Below, piece after piece: positions 1 to 9,728 of a DNA stretch of 64,000 nt. Below the pieces are notes generated by a model that ran no database searches, was not told the origin of the DNA, and saw nothing but the letters and a program-made list of their open reading frames with translations. Positions within the stretch are counted from its first letter, which is position 1. Each line of letters begins with the position of its first letter. Made by a program: the position numbers and the translations under genes. Source of the DNA: Rothia sp. (in: high G+C Gram-positive bacteria) (GTDB taxonomy: Bacteria; Actinomycetota; Actinomycetes; Actinomycetales; Micrococcaceae); the NCBI RefSeq assembly GCF_030529845.1, contig NZ_JAUMWB010000002.1; one strand, 5' to 3'.

Positions 1-941
1 GCTTCACCGATATTCATTGCCATGGCGGGGGAGGCACAGCTTTTGAGGATGCCCCCGATGTAGCTGCCGCACTGCGCGTGCACGGGCAGGCGGGTACGTC
101 CGCCCTGGTGGCGTCCCTGGTCTCTAATCCCCTGGAGCAGATGCAGGCCACGATGAAGGCCTTGCTCCCCTTGATGGGTCAGCAGGTGCCAAGGCAGGCC
201 ACCCTGCACGGGTTTCACGCTGAGGGACCCTTTATCTCCCCCGCCCACAAGGGTGCCCATGCCTCCGAGACTCTCCAGGTGCCCACGCCCGACGCCCTTG
301 AACAGCTCTGGGAGGCCTCTGAAGGTAGGCTCCTACAGATCACTCTGGCTCCCGAGACCGACCCCGGTCTAGCTACTTTGCGACGCTGTGTGGAGCTGGG
401 CATCCGGGTTGCTGTAGGGCACACGGACACCACCTATGAACAGGCCAAGGCCGCTTTTGATGAGGGTGCCTCTCTGCTGACCCACACCTATAACGCTATG
501 CGCCCCCTGCACCATCGCCAGCCCGGCCCGATTGCCGCCGCAGCTGATAGCCCGCACGTGACCCTGGAGCTTATTTGCGATGGGGTTCATGTGCACGGTC
601 CTATGGTGCGGGCAGCCTTCTCGCTTGCCCCCGGTCGGGTAGCCCTGGTGACGGACGCGATGGCTGCCGCCGGGTGCGCAGACGGCCCCTACCAGCTGGG
701 TTCTTTAGCGGTAGAGGTGCAGGATTCCGTTGCCCGGATCAAGGGCACCGAGACGATTGCCGGCAGCACACTCACCCTGGCCCGGGCAGTGAAGCAGGCT
801 GTCGCCTTCGATGTTCCCCTCATCGAAGCGGCCCAGGCTGCTACCAGCGTCCCCGCCACTGCCCTCGGCTTAGCAGAGCCAGCAGACAGCTACGCCCTGC
901 TGGGGGCGGATGGCTCCCTGCAGGGCGTGTTGCGAGGTTAG
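1..941 (+). CDS. nagA: N-acetylglucosamine-6-phosphate deacetylase (5' end outside window)
   Basis: The frame is open from base 3 (FTDIHCHGGGG metal-binding motif) and continues into ORF 78..941. FHAEGPFISPAHKGAH and the later HT/H motifs are typical of NagA amidohydrolases. Confidence 0.85.
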   Translation, partial: FTDIHCHGGGGTAFEDAPDVAAALRVHGQAGTSALVASLVSNPLEQMQATMKALLPLMGQQVPRQATLHGFHAEGPFISPAHKGAHASETLQVPTPDALEQLWEASEGRLLQITLAPETDPGLATLRRCVELGIRVAVGHTDTTYEQAKAAFDEGASLLTHTYNAMRPLHHRQPGPIAAAADSPHVTLELICDGVHVHGPMVRAAFSLAPGRVALVTDAMAAAGCADGPYQLGSLAVEVQDSVARIKGTETIAGSTLTLARAVKQAVAFDVPLIEAAQAATSVPATALGLAEPADSYALLGADGSLQGVLRG

Positions 942-944
942 CTC

Positions 945-2672
945 TTATTTGCTGTACTTAGCCTCGAGGCTTTCGCGCACCTTACGGCGCAGGGTCTTAC
1001 CCAGCATGGAGCGGGGCAGCTCCTCGACCTCGTAGTAGTTCTTGGGCACCTTGTAGCGGGTCAGGCGCTCGTAGCAGTGCTGTTTGAGCTCTTCGGGGTC
1101 GATGGCATGGCCTTCGGCAGGGATGATTGCTGCGGTGACCTTTTCACCGCCTGAGCTATCGGGCAGGCCGACAACGGCGCAGTCCGCTACTGAGTCGTGC
1201 TGCTTGAGTACGTTTTCGACCTCGGTGGGTGATACGTTGAAGCCGCCGGTGATGATGACTTCCTTGATGCGGTCGACGATTTCGATGAAGTAGTCGTGGT
1301 CCAGGCGCACAATGTCGCCGGTGCGTAGCCAGCCTCCGGGGAGCAGAGTCTTGCTGGTGTCTTCGCCACGCTTCCAGTAGCCGCGCATGACCTGGGGGCC
1401 GCGTACCAGTAGTTCACCTTCAGCGCCGTCAGGTACATCTTCGAGAGTGTCTGGGTTGACCACGCGGATATCGGTTGAGGGGAAGGGCACGCCAATAGAA
1501 CCGGCTCGGCGGCTGGAGTTCAGTGGGTTGCAGGAGACGAGGGGGGAGCATTCTGAGAGCCCGTAGCCCTCTACGAGCAGGCCCCCGGTGGCTTCTTCCC
1601 ATTCTGCTACGAGTTCGGTGGGCAGGTGCATAGCACCAGAGACCGCATAACGGATACCCTGCAAAGAGACGTTGCGTTTCTTGGCTTCTTCGAGCATGCG
1701 GCGGTAGACCGGGGGAACTGCGGGCAGAATCGTGGGTGTTGTTTTTTTCATGGCCCGGAAGATCAGGTCCATATCTACGGTGGGGAAGAGCACCAGGCGT
1801 GCCTTACAGACTGCCGCGATGGTCTGCCCCAGGGTCATGCCGTAGGCGTGGAAGAGGGGCAGGACGGCGTAGATGACCTCATCGTTGCCGGGCTGGATCC
1901 ACTCTTCACCCATGCGGCCGTTTGATTCAAGGTTGCGGTGGGTGAGCATGACGCCCTTGGGCAGGCCGGTGGTGCCCGAAGTGTATTGCAGTAGCGCCAG
2001 GTCGTAGGCGGTAGGACGGTGGTGGTCGGCGGCCAGGGGCTGGTTCTTCATGAACTGGCGCCAGGGGGTGGTGCCGCGGGCGGTGCCTTCGAGTTTTTCG
2101 CGGGATTCCTTGAGCTTGCCGATGGGCAGTTTGAGGGCGGTGCGCATGGTGAAGGGCATTTCTTCAATCATGTTGACCGCGTAGATGTTCTTGGGGCGGA
2201 TGTCGGCGGGCAGGGAGGTGATGTTATCTGCGATTTTGTCCCAGACGATGGCTGCTTTCGCCCCGTGGTCTTCGAACATGTGGCGCAGTTCAGCTGAAGT
2301 GTAGAGGGGGTTGTGTTCTACAACGACGGCGCCCAGGCGCAGGATCGCGTAGAAGGCTACGATGTGCTGGGGGCAGTTGGGTAGCACCAGGGCAACGCGG
2401 TCGCCGTGCTGAATACCGGCTTTGCGCAGGCCTTCGGCGACGCGCAGGATCTGGTCGCCCAGTTCGCCGTAGGTGGTGGTGGCACCGAAGAATTCGAGGG
2501 CGATTTTCTGCGGTACGGTACGCACTGCTTCTGCCATGAGGTGGCTCAGTGAGGTTTCAGGTAGGGCAACGTCTCTGTTGCTTTCTGACCTGTAGTTCTT
2601 GACCCAGGGGCGGTGGGACAAGGGGAAGTCGATGTCGGTCTGGGGTGAATTTTCGGCTGGCTGCATACACAC
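945..2672 (-). CDS. long-chain fatty-acid--CoA ligase (AMP-binding enzyme family)
   Basis: 575 aa. AMP-binding signature YTSGTTGLPKGVMLTHRNL, plus the GYGLSE and GWLRTGD motifs of acyl-CoA synthetases. Confidence 0.85.
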   Translation of the reverse strand: MCMQPAENSPQTDIDFPLSHRPWVKNYRSESNRDVALPETSLSHLMAEAVRTVPQKIALEFFGATTTYGELGDQILRVAEGLRKAGIQHGDRVALVLPNCPQHIVAFYAILRLGAVVVEHNPLYTSAELRHMFEDHGAKAAIVWDKIADNITSLPADIRPKNIYAVNMIEEMPFTMRTALKLPIGKLKESREKLEGTARGTTPWRQFMKNQPLAADHHRPTAYDLALLQYTSGTTGLPKGVMLTHRNLESNGRMGEEWIQPGNDEVIYAVLPLFHAYGMTLGQTIAAVCKARLVLFPTVDMDLIFRAMKKTTPTILPAVPPVYRRMLEEAKKRNVSLQGIRYAVSGAMHLPTELVAEWEEATGGLLVEGYGLSECSPLVSCNPLNSSRRAGSIGVPFPSTDIRVVNPDTLEDVPDGAEGELLVRGPQVMRGYWKRGEDTSKTLLPGGWLRTGDIVRLDHDYFIEIVDRIKEVIITGGFNVSPTEVENVLKQHDSVADCAVVGLPDSSGGEKVTAAIIPAEGHAIDPEELKQHCYERLTRYKVPKNYYEVEELPRSMLGKTLRRKVRESLEAKYSK

Positions 2673-2713
2673 GATTGTGCCACAGGGGCGGTGGAGCTGA
2701 CATACTTAGGGGT

Positions 2714-2863
2714 ATGGCTCGACGTAGAAATGACGATATTAGCCCCGAAGAGTTCCGGGAGCTCATGCGAGAGATTAACAAGCGCATGATTATTGCCGGT
2801 CTCATTGCAATCGGGGTTGGTCTGGCGATTATTGCTCTAATGACCCTGATGTATGGGAGCTAG
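2714..2863 (+). CDS. small hypothetical membrane protein
   Basis: An ATG at 2714 inside ORF 2645..2863 gives a charged N-terminus followed by one clear TM helix (IIAGLIAIGVGLAIIALMTLM). No family recognised. Confidence 0.4.
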   Translation: MARRRNDDISPEEFRELMREINKRMIIAGLIAIGVGLAIIALMTLMYGS

Positions 2864-2864
2864 C

Positions 2865-3506
2865 ATGACGAACTGGGATGAATTGCGCGCCGGTAAGAGC
2901 GTCTTTGAACAGATGACGGCGGGCTTTGCCTACCGCCCTGACAAGGAGTGTGCCGATACCCATTACCGGGTGGTGGAGCTGGTTGAGGAGTACACCCGAC
3001 TGTACCGGGCCCGCGATAGCCGCAAGCAGGAAGTACTGGCCCAGATCGTTGGCTCTCTCGGTGAGGGGTCGATGATCCGCCCTTCGGTAGCCTTCGATTA
3101 CGGGGTCAACACCCATATCGGTGCGGGCTGCTTCTTTAACTTTGGCTGTGTTTTTCTGGACGTTGCTCCCATTACCTTTGGCGATGCCGTCCTCGTGGGC
3201 CCCAACGTGCAGTTTTTGACCCCCACCCACCCGTTGAATCCGGTAGACCGTGAGGCCCTGTGGGAGGGAGGCCTGCCGATTACGGTGGAGCGCAACGTCT
3301 GGATTGGCGGCGGGGCTATCCTCTGCCCCGGCGTCACCGTGGGCGAGAACGCCGTGATTGGAGCCGGCGCTGTGGTGACCAAGGACGTCCCCGCTAACGC
3401 CGTGGTTGTCGGTAACCCCGCACGGGTCATCAAATATGTGAGCGCCGATGAGCGCCCCACCGACCCGGCCCACCAGTACAGCCCCCAGGCCCTGGGGCTA
3501 GCCTAA
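2865..3506 (+). CDS. maltose/galactoside O-acetyltransferase (left-handed beta-helix, hexapeptide repeat)
   Basis: Hexapeptide repeats (VWIGGGAILCPGVTVGENAVIGAGAVVTKDVPANAVVVGNPARV) with a Mac-type N-terminus. The ATG at 2865 follows the stop of the upstream small ORF; ATG 2853 is an alternative start. Confidence 0.8.
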   Translation: MTNWDELRAGKSVFEQMTAGFAYRPDKECADTHYRVVELVEEYTRLYRARDSRKQEVLAQIVGSLGEGSMIRPSVAFDYGVNTHIGAGCFFNFGCVFLDVAPITFGDAVLVGPNVQFLTPTHPLNPVDREALWEGGLPITVERNVWIGGGAILCPGVTVGENAVIGAGAVVTKDVPANAVVVGNPARVIKYVSADERPTDPAHQYSPQALGLA

Positions 3507-3533
3507 GTATTTCCACTACAGAAAGGGGTACCG

Positions 3534-4400
3534 GTGACCGAGCCGTCCCAGAACCGCCGCGACTTTGATGAGTGGGACGCCGTCTTTGAAGACTCCGACC
3601 CCACCCGGGTTCTCGATCCGCGCACCTTTGGGCAGGACGCCCGCGGCAGCCAGGGTTCTACACCAGCGGACGCTGGAGTCTCGGCTACCCGTTACCAGCG
3701 CGTCCCGCCCGCAGAGCAGAACCACCAACAGACCGCACCGCCCCAGGCGCAGCACCAGCCCACGCAGCAGGTTTATTCTGCTGAACCGGCAACTCCTGCC
3801 CAGCCCCTAGCTGCGGTAGAGAGGCCTGCTTACTCCCCAGTACCGTCTTCAGGGGTGGCTTCTTCTGCGTCCGCTCTGAAGCGGGTGCAGTTCATTCCGG
3901 CTTTCTGCGGTGCGCTGGTTGCCTACGGTTTGACCACCGGGGGCCTGGCCCTAGCTCGAACTCTCATGGGGCTGCTGGGAGTATCTACCTACAGCGGCCT
4001 GACCGAAACAGTTCTGGCGGTCACTGCACCCGCTAGCCGCGCCCAGGCCCTGCCCTGGCTCATCACGGTCGCGCTTCTTCTCTCCCTTGCCTTCGGTCTT
4101 GGCGGCTACGCTGCTACACGCATGACGGCCCTTGCCCCCGGTAAGCAGGCTGTGGGCGTCCTGGCGGTCAGCGCCCTCGGCAGTCTGCTTGCCACGCTTC
4201 TCACCTGGGCCACAGCCCAGCTAGCCCACCCGCTGGCCCCCAGCTACGCCCTGCAACCGATCCTATCCCCAGATGTGGCAATCGGCGTCCTCACGGCCCT
4301 GGCGGCCGGTGTCCTGGCTCTTCTTGCGGCCCTCGCCGGGGCCGGGCTTGGCCTGCGCTACCACCGTGCTCTGACCGGTGCGGACGCCCGCGCCAGCTAG
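3534..4400 (+). CDS. hypothetical membrane protein with Pro/Gln-rich cytoplasmic N-terminal region
   Basis: GTG start preceded by GAAAGGGG. About 120 aa of low-complexity P/Q/A-rich sequence is followed by about 4 hydrophobic helices. Confidence 0.6.
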   Translation: MTEPSQNRRDFDEWDAVFEDSDPTRVLDPRTFGQDARGSQGSTPADAGVSATRYQRVPPAEQNHQQTAPPQAQHQPTQQVYSAEPATPAQPLAAVERPAYSPVPSSGVASSASALKRVQFIPAFCGALVAYGLTTGGLALARTLMGLLGVSTYSGLTETVLAVTAPASRAQALPWLITVALLLSLAFGLGGYAATRMTALAPGKQAVGVLAVSALGSLLATLLTWATAQLAHPLAPSYALQPILSPDVAIGVLTALAAGVLALLAALAGAGLGLRYHRALTGADARAS

Positions 4401-4580
4401 CAGACGTCAGGGCGCGTCACAGCGCCCACAGTTCAGCCCACGAACCACACTTTGCCTGTAAAATATTTTCGTAAGAAAAACACCCCCAGTCTGCTCACCG
4501 CACTCCAGTTACAGGGCAACCGACGAGCAGCCACCACCCACAGGTGAAGGTTGCACCAGCACACGAGGTAAGTAGGGAAC

Positions 4581-5294
4581 ATGAGCGTAGTACGCGTAGG
4601 CATTGTCGATGACCACGAAGTTGTCCGTGAGGGCATGCGAGCTGTCGCAGCAGGCGCGAGCGAAATTGAGCTGGTTGCCGCTGCCCCCACCGCAGCCGAC
4701 CTGCTGGTCGCCCTAGGCCGCAGCCTTTCCGACCCTTCCTCAGCAGACCTAGGCAAGCTCAAGCGCGACTGCGACGTCGTACTCCTTGACCTTTCCCTGC
4801 AAGATAAGTCCCGCCCCTCAGAAAACGTCGATATTCTGCAGCGCGCAGGTATCAAGGTGCTCATCTTCAGTATTGGCGAGAATCCCGGCCTGATTCGTGA
4901 GGCCCTCAAGGCTGGTGCCCTGGGCCTGGTGCGTAAGTCAGAGCCCCTGGAGCACGCCCTGGCAGAGGCCAAGAACATTGCCGAGGGTAAGGCCGTTGTC
5001 ACCAAGGAACTAGCAGCAGCCATCGACGGTGACCACGAGTTCTCCCGCGCTAACCTCTCCCCCCGTGAACAGGAAACCCTGCGTCTCTACGCCTCGGGCT
5101 TCGCCCAGGTACAGGTAGCCCGCCGTATGGGCATCAAGCAGTCCGCTGTTAAGACCAATATCGACCGCATCCGCGAGAAGTACGCCCGCGTAGGGCGCCC
5201 TGCACCCACCAAGATTGACCTGCGTATTCGTGCTATCGAAGACGGCCTGGTGGACTCCATGGAAGATACCTCCACCGCAGACCGCAACCTCTAA
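4581..5294 (+). CDS. NarL/LuxR-family two-component response regulator
   Basis: Receiver domain (VGIVDDHEVVREG ... DVVLLDLSL) and C-terminal LuxR HTH (LSPREQETLRLYASGFAQVQVARRMGIKQSAVKTNIDRI). Confidence 0.85.
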   Translation: MSVVRVGIVDDHEVVREGMRAVAAGASEIELVAAAPTAADLLVALGRSLSDPSSADLGKLKRDCDVVLLDLSLQDKSRPSENVDILQRAGIKVLIFSIGENPGLIREALKAGALGLVRKSEPLEHALAEAKNIAEGKAVVTKELAAAIDGDHEFSRANLSPREQETLRLYASGFAQVQVARRMGIKQSAVKTNIDRIREKYARVGRPAPTKIDLRIRAIEDGLVDSMEDTSTADRNL

Positions 5295-5441
5295 GAAGCG
5301 AAGACCTAAGGACAAGCCCTGTCTACCACCATCGGCGGCGCCTCCCGGGACCTAGCCCACGCGCTACAACCATCGCGGGCGGACCGCATCCGTTCTTTCT
5401 CCTTCAAGTCGCTCTCGCTCACTACCGGGCAGCAGCGACTG

Positions 5442-6665
5442 ATGGGCCCGAGCTCCTTCGGCCTCTACTGCACCCTGGAGATCATCTACTCCCTGGTTGC
5501 GGTAGGCCTGCTCTGCCAGTCACTTGCCAATATCTCCGAGATCCGTGGCGGCGATTCCTACTGGTATCTGGCGATTATCCCCCTGCTGGTGGCCCACGCA
5601 GCCCTGCTCATGTTCAATGGCATCCGCAAGGAAGTCTCCGCCAAGGTGGTCAGCTTTATGCTGGTCATCGCCTACGGCTCCTACTTCCTGTGGCCCTTCA
5701 CCGAGGGGGCTGAGAATTCGGCTATCCCCTGGTCCTGGCTCTTTGGCATCTACGCCATGCTGGTGCCGGTCTTTGAAGAAAGCCCCCGGGAAAGCATCAT
5801 CCACAGTGTGGTCTTCCCGGTCCTACTGGTGGCTAGCTCCGTAACAGCCCACCTGCTCACAGGAGCCCCGCTCGATGGCACAGAGCTCCTTATTCGAGTT
5901 GCCTATTTAGGCTTCTGTTGCGCCCTGCTAGCTGGTCTAGCCCGCTTTGCCCTGAACGCCGTCCGCGAATCAGATAAAACCTACTACGAGACCCTCTCTG
6001 CCCAGCTTCTGCTCAACCGCTCCCGTGACTACGCCAAGGAGCTGCAGGACTTCGACAAGCTGGTGCACGATAACGTCATGGCAGCCCTGCTCGACGCCAG
6101 CCGCAACCCCGGCGAGCTACCCCAGCGCACCCGCCTGCTGGCCCGCCGCGCTATCGGTGTACTCGAAGAAGAAGCCCTCAAATCCCAGCCCCAGCGTCCC
6201 ATCACCTTCCAGGCCCTCACCGAGCAGATTGCAGAAGGCGTAGAACCCTGGAACCAGCGCCTGCGGTTTGTCTCCGACTCCATCGAAAAGCACCCCCTGG
6301 CCAGCCCGGACTCCACCCTGCCCTACACCGCAGCCCGAGCTTTCACCCACGCTGTGACCGAGGCGGTGTCTAACTCGGCCCGTCACTCGGGCACCCGTAC
6401 CACCCAGATTTCGATTCGCACCGAAATGCGACGCCCCTTTAACTCCACCCGCGCCGACGAGGTACGCCCCTACATTCTGTGCACCATCTCAGATAAGGGC
6501 CAGGGCTTCTCCATGAGCGACATCGACTTCCGCCGCCTGGGCGTGCGCGTATCGATGATTCGCTCTATGGAGGACGCTGGTGGTATGGTCACCATTACCT
6601 CGGCACCCGAGAAGGGTACCCGCGTCGTCGTCCAGTGGCCCCACGAGGAACCCAATGCTGGCTAA
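5442..6665 (+). CDS. membrane sensor histidine kinase (HisKA_3 / NarX-DesK type)
   Basis: Multi-TM N-terminal half, HD-type H-box (KLVHDNVMAALLD), N-box (EAVSNSARHSG), G1 box (ISDKGQGF) and a C-terminal GT-rich lid. Confidence 0.75.
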   Translation: MGPSSFGLYCTLEIIYSLVAVGLLCQSLANISEIRGGDSYWYLAIIPLLVAHAALLMFNGIRKEVSAKVVSFMLVIAYGSYFLWPFTEGAENSAIPWSWLFGIYAMLVPVFEESPRESIIHSVVFPVLLVASSVTAHLLTGAPLDGTELLIRVAYLGFCCALLAGLARFALNAVRESDKTYYETLSAQLLLNRSRDYAKELQDFDKLVHDNVMAALLDASRNPGELPQRTRLLARRAIGVLEEEALKSQPQRPITFQALTEQIAEGVEPWNQRLRFVSDSIEKHPLASPDSTLPYTAARAFTHAVTEAVSNSARHSGTRTTQISIRTEMRRPFNSTRADEVRPYILCTISDKGQGFSMSDIDFRRLGVRVSMIRSMEDAGGMVTITSAPEKGTRVVVQWPHEEPNAG

Positions 6666-7671
6666 GTACTACCGTTCCCGCATCCTCACCCTCGTTCTAG
6701 GCACCGTCACCCTACTGATTCTGGGGTCTTTCTTCTTCTGGTACGACCACTACACCGTCACCCGTGCCCCACACTGGGCAATTCTGCTAAGTCTCTACGC
6801 TCTAGCCACCCTGCCGGTCTTCCTGCCTACTAAGCGTCTGGCTCTGCCCGACGCCATGATGCCCGTCATCATGGTGCTGGCTCTGAACTCGGTCGATACC
6901 ACTCTGAGCGCCATCAGCCACTCGATTACCTTCTCTAACCTCTCCTGGCCTCTGATGGCCTACACCCTGCTTGCTGCGGGGCTGGTGCTGCGCCGACATA
7001 CCTTCTTCGGCTGGCTTTTCTTCTTGGGGTTTATGGCCCTGGTGCTCAGCTGGCACACCAACTATTTCGATACTCGCCTGACCCTCTCTACCGAGTTCGC
7101 GATCCCCTTCCTGCTCATGCTGGTGAGCATGATTGTGCCCAAACAGATTGAGCAGGCCGTCTCAAAGACCCGGCAGGCCCGCGGTATGCGCATTATCGCG
7201 GACGCCGGGCGCGCCGAAGAGGCCGATATGGGCGCTATTGCCACCCAGCGCGTGCAGGAAGTCCGGGCCCTGACCGAGGATATGCTGCACCGTATCGCCT
7301 ATAACGAGTCGCCGGTGACCCGCACCGAAATGGATGAATTCCGCTTTACCGAGGCCCAGCTGCGCGATACGATTCGCGGCCGCTACATCGTCAATAAGGA
7401 GATTCTGGACGCCGCCTGGCTAGCTCGCCAGCGCGGGGTCAAGGTAGATATTCTGGACGAGCGCGGTTCGGCTCTGCCGTCGCGGGTCTCCTTAGCGCTG
7501 ACCCAGTGCGCGGTTGATCTTTTTGATAACGCCTCTGGCGGTACTATCACGGTGCGTGCCTTCCCAGCCGATGACCAAACCGCCGTGATGCTGGTACACG
7601 ATGGTAATTCAGAGGATGAAGAGCCTAGCGCTATCGAGATCTCCCAGACCGGTGTGATTGAGCGTTTCTAG
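6655..7671 (+). CDS. membrane protein resembling a truncated/degenerate histidine kinase
   Basis: ATG 6655 overlaps the stop of the preceding kinase by 11 nt. It has about 5 TM helices, a possible H-box-like segment (TEDMLHRIAYNE) and an N-box-like segment (AVDLFDNASGGTITV). No G1/G2 ATP-lid motifs appear before the stop. Confidence 0.55.
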   Translation: MLAKYYRSRILTLVLGTVTLLILGSFFFWYDHYTVTRAPHWAILLSLYALATLPVFLPTKRLALPDAMMPVIMVLALNSVDTTLSAISHSITFSNLSWPLMAYTLLAAGLVLRRHTFFGWLFFLGFMALVLSWHTNYFDTRLTLSTEFAIPFLLMLVSMIVPKQIEQAVSKTRQARGMRIIADAGRAEEADMGAIATQRVQEVRALTEDMLHRIAYNESPVTRTEMDEFRFTEAQLRDTIRGRYIVNKEILDAAWLARQRGVKVDILDERGSALPSRVSLALTQCAVDLFDNASGGTITVRAFPADDQTAVMLVHDGNSEDEEPSAIEISQTGVIERF

Positions 7672-8135
7672 TCTCCTGCGGTCTAGCCTTCTGCGCCACG
7701 GTGGGGCCGTCTTGTGGACGTTTTGAGGGGAAGCGCCCAGCCGGCTACCCACTGCTTAAGCCCTAGTGTCGCCCTATATGAGGACATACAACAGCTCCTA
7801 GCCTCAGCTAATATTTAAGTACCTTGAATGCTTCTTGCATCGAGTCGGGGGACTCGGTGTTCTGGCGACGTTGGGGGACTGACCCAGAGCTTATCAAGAG
7901 AAGTTCTTTCAAGGGCATAAGGTAACCTACGAGACCTGAACCTATGTGGGCTCAGCGCCCATAGATTCGGATTTCTTGGGGGAGATAATTCGGATTATGC
8001 TCCAGGTTTCGTACCTTGGCGTTGTGAGGCTCCCGCCCTAACCGGCGGGAGCCTCACTATGTTCACACTCGTTCCGTTGGTTTTTGACCATCAGGTTAAG
8101 ATTTTGACGGAGCCAGCAAGGTAACCCTATGCTGC

Positions 8136-8170
8136 AAGGCCCGGGCACTGTTTTACAGTGCCCGGGCCTT
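8136..8170 (-). terminator. stem-loop downstream of the E2 gene
   Basis: Perfect 15-bp inverted repeat aaggcccgggcactg / cagtgcccgggcctt with a 5-nt loop, 17 nt after the E2 stop. The T-tract on the minus strand is weak. Confidence 0.5.
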
Positions 8171-8186
8171 GTGCTTTTCCAGCGTT

Positions 8187-9713
8187 TTACATATCCAGAA
8201 GCAGGGCAGGCTCTTCTAGGATCGAAGCCACATCGGCTAAGAACTTAGCGGAGAGATCGCCGTCAAGTACCCGGTGATCAAAGGAGCCACCCAGGGTAGT
8301 GACCCAGCGGGGAATGACCTCACCATCGACAACCCAAGGCTTCTGCTTGATAGTGCCAAAGGCGATGATGGCTGCTTCCCCCGGGTTGATGATTGGGGTG
8401 CCGGTATCAATCCCCAGAGAACCAATATTGGTGATGGTCATGGTGCCCTGCTGCATCTCAGCGGGCTGGGTTTTGCCTTCGCGGGCCCTGGTCGTCAGGT
8501 CATTAAGAGCCAGGGCCAGCTCGCGCAGGTTCATGGTCTGGGCGTCCTTGATATTGGGCACCATCAGGCCCCGCGGAGTGGCCGCTGCTATCCCCAGGTT
8601 CATGAAGTGCTTAATCTGAATCTCTGAGTCGGTCCAGGTGGCGTTGACCTGCGGGGTGCGGGCAGTTGCCCAGATGACGGCCTTGGCCAGGATCAGCAGC
8701 GGGGTGACTTTGACGTCCTCAAACTGGGGGGACTTTTTGAGTCGCTTGACGAACTCCATGGTGCGGGTGGCGTCCACGTCCACGAAGATCGAGACGTGCG
8801 GGGCCTTGAAAGCAGATTCGACCATGGCCTTAGCCGTAGCCTTCCGCACACCCTTGACCTTGATACGTTCGATGCGGTCGCCGCCAGCGCCAGCCGGGAT
8901 CCAGAAGCTGGTGGGGTCGGTGGTTTCGGTAACGTTGGCCTGCTCGCTCAGGCTCAGGTGGGCTGCGTAGTTGAGTAGGTCTCGCTTGGTCACCTGCCCC
9001 TGGTCACCGGTGGGGGTTACCTGAGCTAGGTCGATTCCCATGTCTTGGGCGGCCTTACGCACGGGGGGCTTAGCCAGGGGCTGGCGGCGCGGGACCTCGC
9101 TGGATCCGGTCTCTGCCGGTAGCTCATGGCTACCTAGACGGCGGAGCACGCCCTTACCTCCCTCCCCCAGGAGTTTCCCGGCGCGGGCAGGTAGGCCCGT
9201 GATGAGCTGACGGCGGCTATCATGGCTGGTAGCTACAGGTACCGGGGCGGACGCAGTAGTGCTAGTAGGCGCAACAGGCGGCTGGGACGGGGCAAAAGCA
9301 GCCGGGGTGGTCTTCTTACGGGCTCGGCGCTTAACGGGGTCAGCCTTGGGGCCCGAGCCTACCAGGGCGTTACCGCCGCCCTGTTCCCCCGCTGCAGGGG
9401 TGGTCTGCCGGGGTACGGCGTCCGGACGTCCGCCCGGACGCTCCGCTACCTGCTGGGCGGGGGCAGGTGTGCTCCCCTTACCGGTAACGGAGATGATGGG
9501 GGTGCCCACCTCTACCGTTTCGCCTTCGGCAACCAGCAGCTCCTGCACGGTGCCCTCGTAGGGGGAGGGCAGCTCAACGACCGACTTGGCAGTCTCGATT
9601 TCAACAAGCACGTCGTTGATCTCGACCGTATCGCCGGGGGCAACCTTCCAGCTGAGAATTTCAGCCTCGGTCAGACCTTCGCCCACATCGGGCAGGTTAA
9701 ACATCTGTGACAT
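8187..9713 (-). CDS. dihydrolipoamide acyltransferase, E2 component of a 2-oxoacid (branched-chain/pyruvate type) dehydrogenase complex
   Basis: N-terminal lipoyl domain ([15 protein letters not shown]), Ala/Pro linker, E3-binding segment and a C-terminal catalytic domain with DHRVLDG. Confidence 0.85.
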   Translation of the reverse strand: MSQMFNLPDVGEGLTEAEILSWKVAPGDTVEINDVLVEIETAKSVVELPSPYEGTVQELLVAEGETVEVGTPIISVTGKGSTPAPAQQVAERPGGRPDAVPRQTTPAAGEQGGGNALVGSGPKADPVKRRARKKTTPAAFAPSQPPVAPTSTTASAPVPVATSHDSRRQLITGLPARAGKLLGEGGKGVLRRLGSHELPAETGSSEVPRRQPLAKPPVRKAAQDMGIDLAQVTPTGDQGQVTKRDLLNYAAHLSLSEQANVTETTDPTSFWIPAGAGGDRIERIKVKGVRKATAKAMVESAFKAPHVSIFVDVDATRTMEFVKRLKKSPQFEDVKVTPLLILAKAVIWATARTPQVNATWTDSEIQIKHFMNLGIAAATPRGLMVPNIKDAQTMNLRELALALNDLTTRAREGKTQPAEMQQGTMTITNIGSLGIDTGTPIINPGEAAIIAFGTIKQKPWVVDGEVIPRWVTTLGGSFDHRVLDGDLSAKFLADVASILEEPALLLDM

Positions 9714-9728
9714 GGTATGCCTTTCGGG

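Noticed and set aside
7840-8000. Possible c-di-AMP (ydaO-type) riboswitch, suggested by the repeated GGGGGAC…CCCA and attcggatt elements
   Set aside because: The resemblance is only to fragments I remember of the consensus. I could not build the pseudo-twofold fold, and there is no downstream gene to regulate because both flanking genes end here. It needs an Infernal scan before any claim.
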